Shown: in pieces, positions 16,995-25,521 of the stretch
Layout: every line of letters starts with the position of its first letter
Position numbering within the stretch: position 1 is the first letter of the stretch
NCBI GenBank assembly: GCA_038279365.1
Contig: JAYODI010000080.1
Span: 1 to 26,397, forward strand
Length of the DNA: 26,397 nt
Source of the DNA: Candidatus Latescibacterota bacterium
Lineage (GTDB): Bacteria > Latescibacterota > UBA2968
Direction of reading: 5' to 3'
Made by a program: the position numbers and the translations under genes
The notes under the pieces: model-generated
Databases searched by the model: none
What the model was told of the DNA's origin: nothing
The model's input: the letters and a program-made list of their open reading frames with translations, nothing else

Positions 16995-18959
16995 TTACCA
17001 AGAATGCATGTGGTGACCATGCCCTGGGAACCAAATTTGATCAACCATATAAGATACAAAAACCGCCAAAGCATATCCAGCCAACATGCCCACAAAAAAT
17101 GGGCGACTGCGTTTATATAGTGCAGCCCCACCAATACGCAAAATAATCGTCTTTACTGCCCAAGCTATAAAAATAGACATGGTAGAGTGCATCGCATGCC
17201 CAACAGGCACAATCATACCCATAGGATGTAGGGGCCACCAGGTAAATTGATACCGCAAAATACTCATCACGCTAAAAATAAGGGCACCTGCCCCCACAAA
17301 CAAATACCGTTCGGGTTTGTATTCGGGCACCTCTTTTATCGAATTAACCAATGCATCATAAACACGAGGCGGATAAGCAGAAAAAGGCAAATCGTTGAAA
17401 TTATAAGCCCCAAAAGAATAACTCCAATACAATGTCAACACAATACCACTGGCCACACCCACCACCATTGTGGCAATAACCGTCCCCAACAAACGGCCTT
17501 TTTGTTTCCCTATCACCTCACCCAATTTGGCAATGTGCACCAATGGCACCATAAACATGGCTTTGCTCTGTCCCCTAATCGCCGAAAACAAAGTGATGGA
17601 TGTGCGTGCCGCCGAAGAATAATCGCCAGGGTGAAAAAACAAATCGGTAATGCCTGCACCATTGATGGGCATGCTCATATACACCACGCCCGTTTCCGCA
17701 ATTACTCGAGCCAAACCGATATATGCAATAAACAACCCCACCGTCATTGGAATGGCAAATTTCCATTCCAACCCCATCGTATTAAGCCATAAGGTCAAAA
17801 ACAACATGCTCACAACAAGAGAAATAACAGCCGTTCGATGTGGCATCAATTCTTGGGAGTCATCCACTTTTTTATCATTGTGAATCGCCTTTTGCAAAAC
17901 CTCTCTTAAATGCTGGCGAGATGTCCAAAGCATCCACAACACCATGGCCACAAAAGCCCCCGCACTTTGTAACCCCGACACCGCATCACCTGGGCCCGTT
18001 TTTGCCGATAATGTGAATCCAATACGACGAAAAAAGGCAATTTCGCTCATATAAAGCACATGAAAAAACAAAATAGAAAACAGCAAGTCAATATTGGCAA
18101 AATAAGCAAAACCAATGGTAAAAAAATTCACGCCCGTATGTTGCGGCGGGAAAAAACGTGCAAAATAGAACCACTGTTGCCCCAACCAAATAATGGGAAT
18201 ACCAGGATTAAAATAAGATAGAATATTCCACGCTTTAATAAAAAAGACCAAACCACAACCGATCCAAAACAACCGATTGTGCAAAATCCCTTCCCCTTTT
18301 GGCGCATCTGCCGCCCCCGCCAATTCAACAGGTGGCCCCAACACAGGATAGGCCACCCGCTCATTTTCGGCCCACTGTTTGCGTAAAATACTTGCAATGG
18401 CAATACACCCCAAAGTAATTGCCGCAATAGCACTTAACCACCAAAACAATGGCACCACCCAAACATCCCAAGGAATCACCTGACCTGCAGGTAACCCCTC
18501 ATACAGCCACTGCATGGCATGGCCTTCATTGGTAGGAATAAGCCAATCTGACAAATGAGGATGAATATATTCCGCCCATTGATTTTCAGGTGTGGCCAAA
18601 TAATAAGGCACAGAAATCATGCCCAAAAAGAAACTGGTGATACCATACGCCGGCACAGCTGCCGCCAACATCCCCATGGCCAACACCACCAACAACTCAC
18701 TTTGACGCAAGGCCACAGAGGGCAACCACCTACGCACCACCTGATTACCCAAAACCACCAACACATAAGTGCACAAAAGCACCATCGGAAAATGGCTGAT
18801 ATTCATACGCGACGTATGGGCCAAATATTCTGCGTGCGAATTCCAAAATATAATCCACAAAACGATACCCATGCCAAACAAAAAGGCACGTTTGGTAATG
18901 CCTTCACGTTTAGACAGTGTACGATCCGACGGCATTTCAGATTGCAACAATTCTGCCAT
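16995..18959 (-). CDS. DUF6785/DUF6784-type polytopic membrane protein (putative transporter, remotely OPT-like)
   Basis: 654 aa with many TM segments. Motifs ATPENQW, IPWDVWVVPLFWW, RKQWAENERVAYP, ARVIAETG, WWPLHPMG, RIGG..LY...RPFFVG, which I recognise from this family. Confidence 0.75.
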   Translation of the reverse strand: MAELLQSEMPSDRTLSKREGITKRAFLFGMGIVLWIIFWNSHAEYLAHTSRMNISHFPMVLLCTYVLVVLGNQVVRRWLPSVALRQSELLVVLAMGMLAAAVPAYGITSFFLGMISVPYYLATPENQWAEYIHPHLSDWLIPTNEGHAMQWLYEGLPAGQVIPWDVWVVPLFWWLSAIAAITLGCIAIASILRKQWAENERVAYPVLGPPVELAGAADAPKGEGILHNRLFWIGCGLVFFIKAWNILSYFNPGIPIIWLGQQWFYFARFFPPQHTGVNFFTIGFAYFANIDLLFSILFFHVLYMSEIAFFRRIGFTLSAKTGPGDAVSGLQSAGAFVAMVLWMLWTSRQHLREVLQKAIHNDKKVDDSQELMPHRTAVISLVVSMLFLTLWLNTMGLEWKFAIPMTVGLFIAYIGLARVIAETGVVYMSMPINGAGITDLFFHPGDYSSAARTSITLFSAIRGQSKAMFMVPLVHIAKLGEVIGKQKGRLLGTVIATMVVGVASGIVLTLYWSYSFGAYNFNDLPFSAYPPRVYDALVNSIKEVPEYKPERYLFVGAGALIFSVMSILRYQFTWWPLHPMGMIVPVGHAMHSTMSIFIAWAVKTIILRIGGAALYKRSRPFFVGMLAGYALAVFVSYMVDQIWFPGHGHHMHSW

Positions 18960-18960
18960 T

Positions 18961-19326
18961 TTAAGAATCCATTACTTGAAAAGTCACAAGTGCATCCAAA
19001 TAATTCAAATCTAAAGGTTTCGTCACATAATCAGCCGCACCTTCTGCCATTGCCTCACTGGCAATATCTTTGTCATCTACGGCCGTAATCATAATGGCCT
19101 TGATATCAGGGTGAATGCGTTTAATCCGCCTCAACACTTCCACACCATGCACCCCAGGCATCATAATATCCAACAATGCCAAATCGGGTTGATGTTCCTG
19201 TACAATCGCAACGGCATCATCAGCATTGTGTGCCTTATATACCATATGGCCTTTTAAACCACCAAAAAAATCTTGTATCAATTGACATATATGAATGTCG
19301 TCATCTACGACAATGATTGTCGCCAT
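18961..19326 (-). CDS. Single-domain response regulator (CheY-like receiver)
   Basis: IVVDDD acidic pocket, LLDIMMP phosphoacceptor Asp, ITA, YVTKP; 121 aa with no output domain. ATG 19326 follows GGAG. Confidence 0.92.
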   Translation of the reverse strand: MATIIVVDDDIHICQLIQDFFGGLKGHMVYKAHNADDAVAIVQEHQPDLALLDIMMPGVHGVEVLRRIKRIHPDIKAIMITAVDDKDIASEAMAEGAADYVTKPLDLNYLDALVTFQVMDS

Positions 19327-19330
19327 AAAC

Positions 19331-20266
19331 TCACTCCAAGTCACGCGCACATCGAAACCCAAAACTTGGGTCGCGCATTTTTTTAACATTCCCAGGTCTG
19401 TGCGTACACCGCGCAGCTTGTGCATTGCTATACCACGCGCCCCCCCTGAGCACATGTTGATTGCCATCTGTCAAGAGGTCTGTCCTACCATCTAAGCGCT
19501 TCTGATATACATCTCGATCATACCAATCATCGCACCATTCCCACACATTCCCCGTCATCCCAACAAGCCCACTGCTTCCTACACGCAATGTGTGTACGGC
19601 AACTGGGCCCGCATCTAAGGGCAGCCCCGTTCTTGCCAAAGCTTCGTCATACGTCATCCCATATCCATAAGCATATCCCTGCACGCCCACACACGCACGC
19701 TCCCATTCGGCCTCAGTTGGCAACCTTTTCCCCACAAAACGACAATAATCGTTTGCCTCTTGCCAAGACACATTTGTAGCAGGTAAGTCGGGACCATCAA
19801 ATACAGGCTGATAATGGGGTTGATAAGCACGGAAATCAGATACTGTAACTTCTGTGCGATCTATATAATAAGCATCCATCTTTACAGTATGTTCGGGCTT
19901 TTCATTATAAGCCCCCTCATTCCACCCCATTACAAACTCACCACCACGAATCCAAGCCATGTCAGGCGGACGCATCACCACATCGATAACCAATGTTTGA
20001 TCGGGGGCCACCCACACGGTACTGGTATCGGTTTCATAACCTAAACGAGACAGTTCTAAAAAATGATATTCTGTTTTCTCAATGCGCACCACCAAGCCCG
20101 TATCAACAGTCGTGCCCATCATACGCCCATCTAAAGATACTTGAACACCCGCAGGAATTGTGCGAATCACCAACTTGCCTGGTGGCGGCTTCAACAACCA
20201 ATAAACCACCCCTACCGTAACCACCAGCAAAACAAAACCAAACAATGGCAAAATCCATTTATTCAT
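19331..20266 (-). CDS. Membrane-anchored PEGA + FGE-sulfatase (SUMF1-like) domain protein
   Basis: N-terminal TM helix; PEGA-like G.L.I.T.PAG..V.LDG; FGE-fold motifs F.MG, P.H.V, EVT, NVSW..A..YC, RLPTEAEWE, MTGNVWEW, RGGAW, GFRC. Confidence 0.88.
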   Translation of the reverse strand: MNKWILPLFGFVLLVVTVGVVYWLLKPPPGKLVIRTIPAGVQVSLDGRMMGTTVDTGLVVRIEKTEYHFLELSRLGYETDTSTVWVAPDQTLVIDVVMRPPDMAWIRGGEFVMGWNEGAYNEKPEHTVKMDAYYIDRTEVTVSDFRAYQPHYQPVFDGPDLPATNVSWQEANDYCRFVGKRLPTEAEWERACVGVQGYAYGYGMTYDEALARTGLPLDAGPVAVHTLRVGSSGLVGMTGNVWEWCDDWYDRDVYQKRLDGRTDLLTDGNQHVLRGGAWYSNAQAARCTHRPGNVKKMRDPSFGFRCARDLE

Positions 20267-20320
20267 ACGTAATTGACAGACATAAAAGATGAATGATCAA
20301 AATCTGCCCACATCTTTAAC

Positions 20321-21169
20321 CTACAGATGGTCACGCCAAGAATATTTGGGAGCATATCCCAATAAGTCACGTGCTTTTGATATATCCCACCCTGTTGCCG
20401 AGCCACCAAAACCTTCTCGACAAGGAACGTCTGCATAGTTCGAGGCAGACAAGACTTCTTCAACCGGCACATCCAACCAATTATCAGCCGCAGACAAATT
20501 AAACACCGAATGGCCCGTCAAGTTAGACGCCCAAAACTTAACACAAGCCTGCCCCACATCTCGTGCATCCACATAACTCCACAAACCACCAGCTTGCCCA
20601 GTCGCATTTTTTCGACGTTGTGGATACACGTCATAGTTTCCAGGAGAACGCACATTGGCCAAACGAAAACTGGCCGCGCTCACGTTGTGATTACGACAAA
20701 ACATCTCAGCAATGTCTTCTCCCATTTTTTTCGATAAACCATACGGCCCCTGAGGTGCTGTTGGATGTGCTTCATCCACTGGCAAATAATCAGGAACACG
20801 TTTTTGACCATCTAAAAAGCCATATACCATTTCACTGGACGTATAAATTACTTTTTGCACACCACAGTCCACAGCCGCTTGAAAAACATGGTAAGTCGCA
20901 ATCGTATTGTTTTCAAACGTTGTTGCACCAGGAAAACCTGTTGGGCTGGGAATTGCACCAATATGACAAACGTAGTCAGCACCTGCAATCGCCTGATAAA
21001 CCTCGCCCAAGTTTCGCAATTCTACTGGCCAATATTTTGCCCCCTTGGGCATAGGCTCATTGGGTGCCACTTTATCAATAGCCAATACGTCATGACCTGC
21101 CAATACCAATTCCTGCACGGTCCACCACCCAACTTTGCCAGCTCCGCCCGTCACAACTGTTTTAGGCAT
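20321..21169 (-). CDS. NAD-dependent epimerase/dehydratase (extended SDR)
   Basis: TGGAGKVG, HIGA, TSS..VYG, YGLSK, YVDARDV. GGAG RBS. Confidence 0.92.
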   Translation of the reverse strand: MPKTVVTGGAGKVGWWTVQELVLAGHDVLAIDKVAPNEPMPKGAKYWPVELRNLGEVYQAIAGADYVCHIGAIPSPTGFPGATTFENNTIATYHVFQAAVDCGVQKVIYTSSEMVYGFLDGQKRVPDYLPVDEAHPTAPQGPYGLSKKMGEDIAEMFCRNHNVSAASFRLANVRSPGNYDVYPQRRKNATGQAGGLWSYVDARDVGQACVKFWASNLTGHSVFNLSAADNWLDVPVEEVLSASNYADVPCREGFGGSATGWDISKARDLLGYAPKYSWRDHL

Positions 21170-21193
21170 ATCTGCTCCATCGTAAAATGAATT

Positions 21194-22483
21194 TTAAACC
21201 GCATCCCAAAAATGTTTTCCCAAATCACCAAATAAGTCTGCACGGCGCAATTGATCGTATCGCTGATAAATAGGGCGCTTAGAAAAATCACAAACACTGG
21301 CATGCAAATCACAATCGGCCACGGCAATTGCGCCAGCTGTTCGATCTGTCATCGCCAACAATTCTCCCTTGGGGCTTACCACACAAGAACGTGCACTGTT
21401 GACCGCTGCCACAATATGCACCTGATTATCCAGCGCGCGGGTGCGCACCACAGACTCCCACAAAACGCCCCCTTCGCGTCCTTCACTCATGTTAGAAAAC
21501 AAAATGACTTTTGCCCCTTTAAGAGCCATCACGCGCGCCACTTCGGGGTAGTGGCCATCATAACAAATCATATAAGCCACCACACCAAAATCGGTATGAA
21601 AAATGGGCAATTCACTGCCGGGGGTACACCCACGCAAATAACCCTCCTGAATGGTCAATTGCGTTTTGCGATATTTGCCAAGCAACCCCCCGTTGCGATC
21701 AATCAAAAACCCCGTATTATAAACCGCTTTTCCTTGGCGTTCCAAAATGCTTGCCGCAATATAACAACCGCGTTCTTGGGCCAGAGTGGATAATCGCTCA
21801 GATGTTGGACCAGGAATGGGTTCGGCCCAGGCAATCGGATCACCTGGCAAACCCGTCGTATTGATCAATTCTGGCAAACAGATCAAATCAACGTGTCCAT
21901 CAATGGCGTTTATGCGTTCAGCATAAAAGTCGAGACACTGGGCCGGCGACTCGGGTTTTTGTGGGTTTCCCGAAACAGCGGCCATACGCACCAAGCGTGA
22001 GTCATTTTCCAAACGCCCCGTCAAATCAAATAAACGCACATCCCCCCAACGTACCAAACCATTTGCTGACCACCCCAAAAACAAATGCAGTGTCAACTGA
22101 GAATCGGCATCTTCGTGTGTCCAATCAAAACGCAATCGATGCCAACCGTCTTTTTTATCTAAGGGATCCAATTGGGCATAAAAATTTTGATTTTTCCAAG
22201 TCAAAATAGCCCGCACAGACTTTCCTGGCGCCACCACACCCTGTGTGACGAATGAGGCCTCAAGACGATAGTGTCGCCCAAGTTGTAAGTGAGGCAGTGG
22301 CAACTGCCAACACCCACAAGCAAGCGCATTGCCATTGCCCTGAATTAAAAGCGCAGGACGCCCACCCAAGCCCCCTTGGGGATCCATCTGAAATGCGGGC
22401 ATAATTTCGTCACGAGGTGCCCACGATTGCCAGATATGGGTATCCAACATCAAGTCAGTAAAAGGCAACGGATCTTCAGACAT
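21194..22483 (-). CDS. Carbon-nitrogen hydrolase (nitrilase superfamily) with an extra N-terminal beta-rich domain
   Basis: Glu-Lys-Cys triad in CLPE, YRKTQL, ICYD; YNT; RALDN; RRADLF. Start is 22483 (better GGAG spacing) or 22492. Confidence 0.88.
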   Translation of the reverse strand: MSEDPLPFTDLMLDTHIWQSWAPRDEIMPAFQMDPQGGLGGRPALLIQGNGNALACGCWQLPLPHLQLGRHYRLEASFVTQGVVAPGKSVRAILTWKNQNFYAQLDPLDKKDGWHRLRFDWTHEDADSQLTLHLFLGWSANGLVRWGDVRLFDLTGRLENDSRLVRMAAVSGNPQKPESPAQCLDFYAERINAIDGHVDLICLPELINTTGLPGDPIAWAEPIPGPTSERLSTLAQERGCYIAASILERQGKAVYNTGFLIDRNGGLLGKYRKTQLTIQEGYLRGCTPGSELPIFHTDFGVVAYMICYDGHYPEVARVMALKGAKVILFSNMSEGREGGVLWESVVRTRALDNQVHIVAAVNSARSCVVSPKGELLAMTDRTAGAIAVADCDLHASVCDFSKRPIYQRYDQLRRADLFGDLGKHFWDAV

Positions 22484-22973
22484 CAAATCCATCTCCGCGA
22501 TTGCGCCTGCCTACAAGGCGTCGTGAAAATAAAATATAAGATTCATCCGATTGTAAAATCTGGAACTTGTGTTTTACAAAGAGTGCCATACAGCCAGAAA
22601 AATGTGTATCACAAACCACATCCAACACACGTAACCCTTCTGTGCGCAATTTTTCCACTGCCGCTTCCAACAAAAATGAGGCCACACCAAACCGTCGATG
22701 CGTTGTCCTAACACCTATGCCAGTAATGACACCTAAAAACTCATCTTGTTGCCATAAAATAAAACCTGCAATCACATCATGTTGTACGGCAACCAATGCT
22801 CCCGCCAGACACACCTGTGGCACAACATGTCCACAGCGAGACAAAAAAAATGCGCGACACTTGGGTGTGTCAAAAACATCTCGAACCAGTTCGTCTAAAG
22901 CGACCAGATCGGTCTCTGTTACCGAACGAATCTGCAAATGAGGCAACATAAAAACCATAAAAGTAAGCACCAC
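22476..22973 (-). CDS. GNAT family N-acetyltransferase
   Basis: IR.....D start, AGFI, acetyl-CoA motif V...HRRFGVASFLL, LF.K..F. Start uncertain (GTG 22973 with GGAG, or ATG 22949/22958). Confidence 0.75.
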   Translation of the reverse strand: MVLTFMVFMLPHLQIRSVTETDLVALDELVRDVFDTPKCRAFFLSRCGHVVPQVCLAGALVAVQHDVIAGFILWQQDEFLGVITGIGVRTTHRRFGVASFLLEAAVEKLRTEGLRVLDVVCDTHFSGCMALFVKHKFQILQSDESYILFSRRLVGRRNRGDGFDV

Positions 22974-23006
22974 GAATTCTCCATCAACACCCGTGGTGCT
23001 TACTTT
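22960..23006 (-). terminator. 15-bp inverted repeat downstream of the VOC gene, terminator/attenuator-like
   Basis: AAAGTAAGCACCACG(22960-22974)/CGTGGTGCTTACTTT(22992-23006), 17-nt loop, T-rich tail on the - strand. Confidence 0.6.
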
Positions 23007-23021
23007 GCCATTTTTAAATGT

Positions 23022-23408
23022 TTAAGCTTCTGCGCGTTCTAAAAGTTCGATCTCATATCCATCAGGATCATCTACGAAAGCCATTTTGCGCCCCGTTGGA
23101 AATGTTGTACGCCAATCTCCAGGCCAAATTTCAAGCCCATTCTTTTCCAATGTGTCACAAAATGCGATCAAATCGGGCACACCAATTGCAAAATGCATCA
23201 AATCTTCTGGCACATTTAACACATAGTCGTCAGAATAAGTCAATTCCAAAGTATGCTCATTTCCTGGCAACTCCAAATGACAAACCTGATTGCCCGCAGG
23301 TGACCTTTCGCTTCGGCTTTTTACCACAAAACCAAAGTGATCACAATAATATTGAATCGACTTATCCAGGTTGCTCACCCGAATACGCGTATGTAAAAAA
23401 ACAGCCAT
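23022..23408 (-). CDS. gloA: VOC family protein, lactoylglutathione lyase (glyoxalase I)-like
   Basis: FLHTRIRV.NL.KS..YY, LELTY, HFAIGV, AFVDDPDGYEIELLE give the His/Glu/His/Glu metal ligand set. ATG 23408 follows AAAGGAG. Confidence 0.85.
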   Translation of the reverse strand: MAVFLHTRIRVSNLDKSIQYYCDHFGFVVKSRSERSPAGNQVCHLELPGNEHTLELTYSDDYVLNVPEDLMHFAIGVPDLIAFCDTLEKNGLEIWPGDWRTTFPTGRKMAFVDDPDGYEIELLERAEA

Positions 23409-23593
23409 CAAGCACTCCTTTCAATAAATACAACCCCAGCATCTCTTATGCCTGTTCGTAAAATAGAAGGCACAGATCCCTCCAGCGACACACCAGCTTT
23501 TGGATTTTTCCATTGCACAAAGATACATACGAAACACACAAAGACAAGGGAAAAGCACACCCATTCATTTGCCCATCATTGCCCAACTTGCAA

Positions 23594-23622
23594 ATTATAA
23601 AACAAAAAAAAACAGGCTGCAA
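23594..23622 (-). promoter_or_regulatory. Candidate sigma70-type promoter overlapping a terminator
   Basis: - strand TTGCAG(23622-23617)-17 nt-TATAAT(23599-23594). Confidence 0.5.
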
Positions 23623-23633
23623 ATGCAGGCCTG
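23604..23633 (-). terminator. Intrinsic terminator after the sigma-region-4-like gene
   Basis: - strand CAGG-C-CTGC-ATTT-GCAG-CCTG (one bulge) followed by T9. Confidence 0.7.
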
Positions 23634-23659
23634 AAATCTTTATCACCCAAAAAACGAGA

Positions 23660-24034
23660 CTAAACAAGCGTTTGTGAAGCATCATAAAGATGTTTTGAAG
23701 GATGGACCACCCCCAAGGCCAAACGCACTTGGCGCACTGCACGCCGATAATGATGTTGAACTGCACTTTTAGAAATAGAGAGCAACAAGGCAATTTCCGA
23801 ATACGTTTTACCTTGTGATCGAAGCAATAAAATCTCATACTTACGGCCAGTCACAGCTGTTTCTATCACATCTTTCACTTGCGCCAACCGCACCGGATCG
23901 GGTTGTTGTGCAATCAGATGGCTAAAATGACAAGGTGCATCTTGTGCCTGAAGAGCATCGGATAACCGAGCAATATCCTCAGGGGCAAAACAAACCTCTC
24001 TCACCGTATCGTATTTCAATTTTTGATATTTCAT
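23660..24034 (-). CDS. Small HTH protein with a sigma70 region 4 / LuxR-like C-terminal domain
   Basis: TGRKYEILLLRSQGKTYSEIALLLSISKSAVQHHYRRAVRQVR matches the sigma-4 HTH pattern. 124 aa; no region 2 recognisable; no SD upstream. Confidence 0.75.
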   Translation of the reverse strand: MKYQKLKYDTVREVCFAPEDIARLSDALQAQDAPCHFSHLIAQQPDPVRLAQVKDVIETAVTGRKYEILLLRSQGKTYSEIALLLSISKSAVQHHYRRAVRQVRLALGVVHPSKHLYDASQTLV

Positions 24035-24090
24035 AAGATTATAATAAACAAATATTTAAAATTAGGTAACACCATTAAATCAACTTCGAT

Positions 24091-24119
24091 AATGTAGCCT
24101 TTTAGGCGGTCTCTGGCAA
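24091..24119 (-). promoter_or_regulatory. Candidate sigma70-type promoter for the HTH gene
   Basis: - strand TTGCCA(24119-24114)-17 nt-TACATT(24096-24091). Confidence 0.45.
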
Positions 24120-24260
24120 GGGAAAACTGCCCGCTATGCCCAAATAAATGCGCAGTCAACGCTCAAATCCCTTGACGGATATGTATTTATGCTTAAATAA
24201 ACATATATAAACATCTCATAAGGCATCAATTGCGCCCTCTTGGGGCAGGAGTCTATTCAA

Positions 24261-25295
24261 ATGGTGGAGCTTTTAGCAGTTGTTATTGCTGTCATACTTA
24301 TATCAGCAACATGTTCTTTGTTTGAAGCCGTATTGTACTCTGTCCCCATCAGTCACATCGAATCACTCGCTCAAGCAGGCAACAAAACAGGGCTGATATT
24401 GCGTCGTTTGCGTGCCAGTGTAGATCGGCCTATTTCTGCCATCTTGTCTCTAAACACCATTGCCAATACTGGCGGTGCAAGTTTGGCCGGCATTATTGCA
24501 GGAAATATTTTGGGCAAAGATTCTATTGAAGAATACTTATTCTCTGCAGCATTCACCATCGCCATACTTCTATTTGCCGAAGTCATTCCAAAAACCATTG
24601 GTGTCGTTTATGCACGCCCAGTAGCAACATTTGTTGCCCGTCCCTTGTTGTTGCTCGTATGGATCTTTACCCCATTTATCATTTTGTGCCGCTTGGCAAC
24701 ACGATTGGTCGCAAAAGAGCAAAAAGAACAAGATATATCCGATGAAGAACTCATCTCGCTGGCACGATTAGGGCGTAAAAGTGGCTCTATCGACCCCACA
24801 GAAGCAGGTGTGATACAAAACATTCTTTCACTAAAATTCAAAACCGCAGCCGATGTCATGACCCCTCGCACAGTTGTCTTTTCTTTATCAGAAGACCTAA
24901 CAGTAGAAGAAGCCAGCACACAAAAAGGCATTTGGGCGCACAGCCGCATCCCCATTTACAGCGAAGACTTTGAAGATATTGTGGGGATTGTGTTGCGCCG
25001 AGAAATTCTGGCGGCACTCACCAGCAACCGTGGCAACCACAAATTGTCAGAGCTCATGCGCCCTGTCAACTTTGTTGCTGAAACCCACACATTAGAACGC
25101 ATTTTGCAAAAATTTCTCGAACAACGGCAACACCTCTTTATTGTCATTGACGAATACAGTGGGCTTTCTGGTGTGCTTACCCTTGAAGATGTGTTGGAAG
25201 AAATCTTAGGCAAAGAAATTGTCGATGAATCTGATCAGGTTACAGATATGCGGGAACTTGCACGACGTCGCCGACAACAAACCAATCAAAATTGA
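24261..25295 (+). CDS. CNNM/CorB-like (DUF21 + CBS pair) membrane protein, hemolysin-family annotation
   Basis: SATCSLFEA, ILSLNTIANT, AEVIPKTIG, DVMTPRT, HSRIPIY, VIDEYSG..G..TLEDVLEEILG.EIVDE. ATG 24261 follows AGGAG. No C-terminal CorC domain. Confidence 0.92.
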   Translation: MVELLAVVIAVILISATCSLFEAVLYSVPISHIESLAQAGNKTGLILRRLRASVDRPISAILSLNTIANTGGASLAGIIAGNILGKDSIEEYLFSAAFTIAILLFAEVIPKTIGVVYARPVATFVARPLLLLVWIFTPFIILCRLATRLVAKEQKEQDISDEELISLARLGRKSGSIDPTEAGVIQNILSLKFKTAADVMTPRTVVFSLSEDLTVEEASTQKGIWAHSRIPIYSEDFEDIVGIVLRREILAALTSNRGNHKLSELMRPVNFVAETHTLERILQKFLEQRQHLFIVIDEYSGLSGVLTLEDVLEEILGKEIVDESDQVTDMRELARRRRQQTNQN

Positions 25296-25324
25296 AAACG
25301 GATATGTAACAGCACATCCAAAAC

Positions 25325-25352
25325 AAAAAAACCGCCTTTGGGCGGTTTTTTT
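25325..25352. terminator. Intrinsic terminator (symmetric A/T tails)
   Basis: AAAAAAACCGCC-TTTG-GGCGGTTTTTTT about 30 nt after the CNNM stop. Confidence 0.9.
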
Positions 25353-25423
25353 ATTTCATCATGACGAAATCCCATCCAAATACCTACGACACACACATCT
25401 TATACAGGATAAACAACCGTCAC

Positions 25424-25452
25424 TTGCATAAAAGCAACGACTTCTATACATT
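25424..25452 (+). promoter_or_regulatory. Candidate sigma70-type promoter for glgP
   Basis: TTGCAT(25424-25429)-17 nt-TACATT(25447-25452). Confidence 0.5.
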
Positions 25453-25521
25453 CCAAATGGTGTCATTTCAGGCATCCAGTCCGTGCATGTTATGAACATA
25501 TTCTGGAGAATCTAAAAAAAG

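Noticed and set aside
19331..20266. FGE-domain protein as the maturase of the sulfatase
   Set aside because: The segment after RGG reads AWYSNAQAARC and lacks the catalytic CxxxxC pair of true FGE; the protein is also membrane-anchored with a PEGA domain.
367..23461. Numerous 60-200 aa alternative-frame and antisense ORFs in the track
   Set aside because: They lie largely within well-supported CDSs, lack motifs and are expected from the strand-biased codon usage.
23540..23590. GGCAATGATG as a fluoride riboswitch start
   Set aside because: The complementary arm and downstream pseudoknot partner are missing.
23446..23838. 130-aa - strand ORF
   Set aside because: Overlaps the HTH gene in another frame, crosses a terminator and has no motif.
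24100..24260. yybP-ykoY, M-box or c-di-GMP riboswitch before the CNNM gene
   Set aside because: No conserved cores recognised; TTGACG at 24172 also lacks a well-spaced -10.
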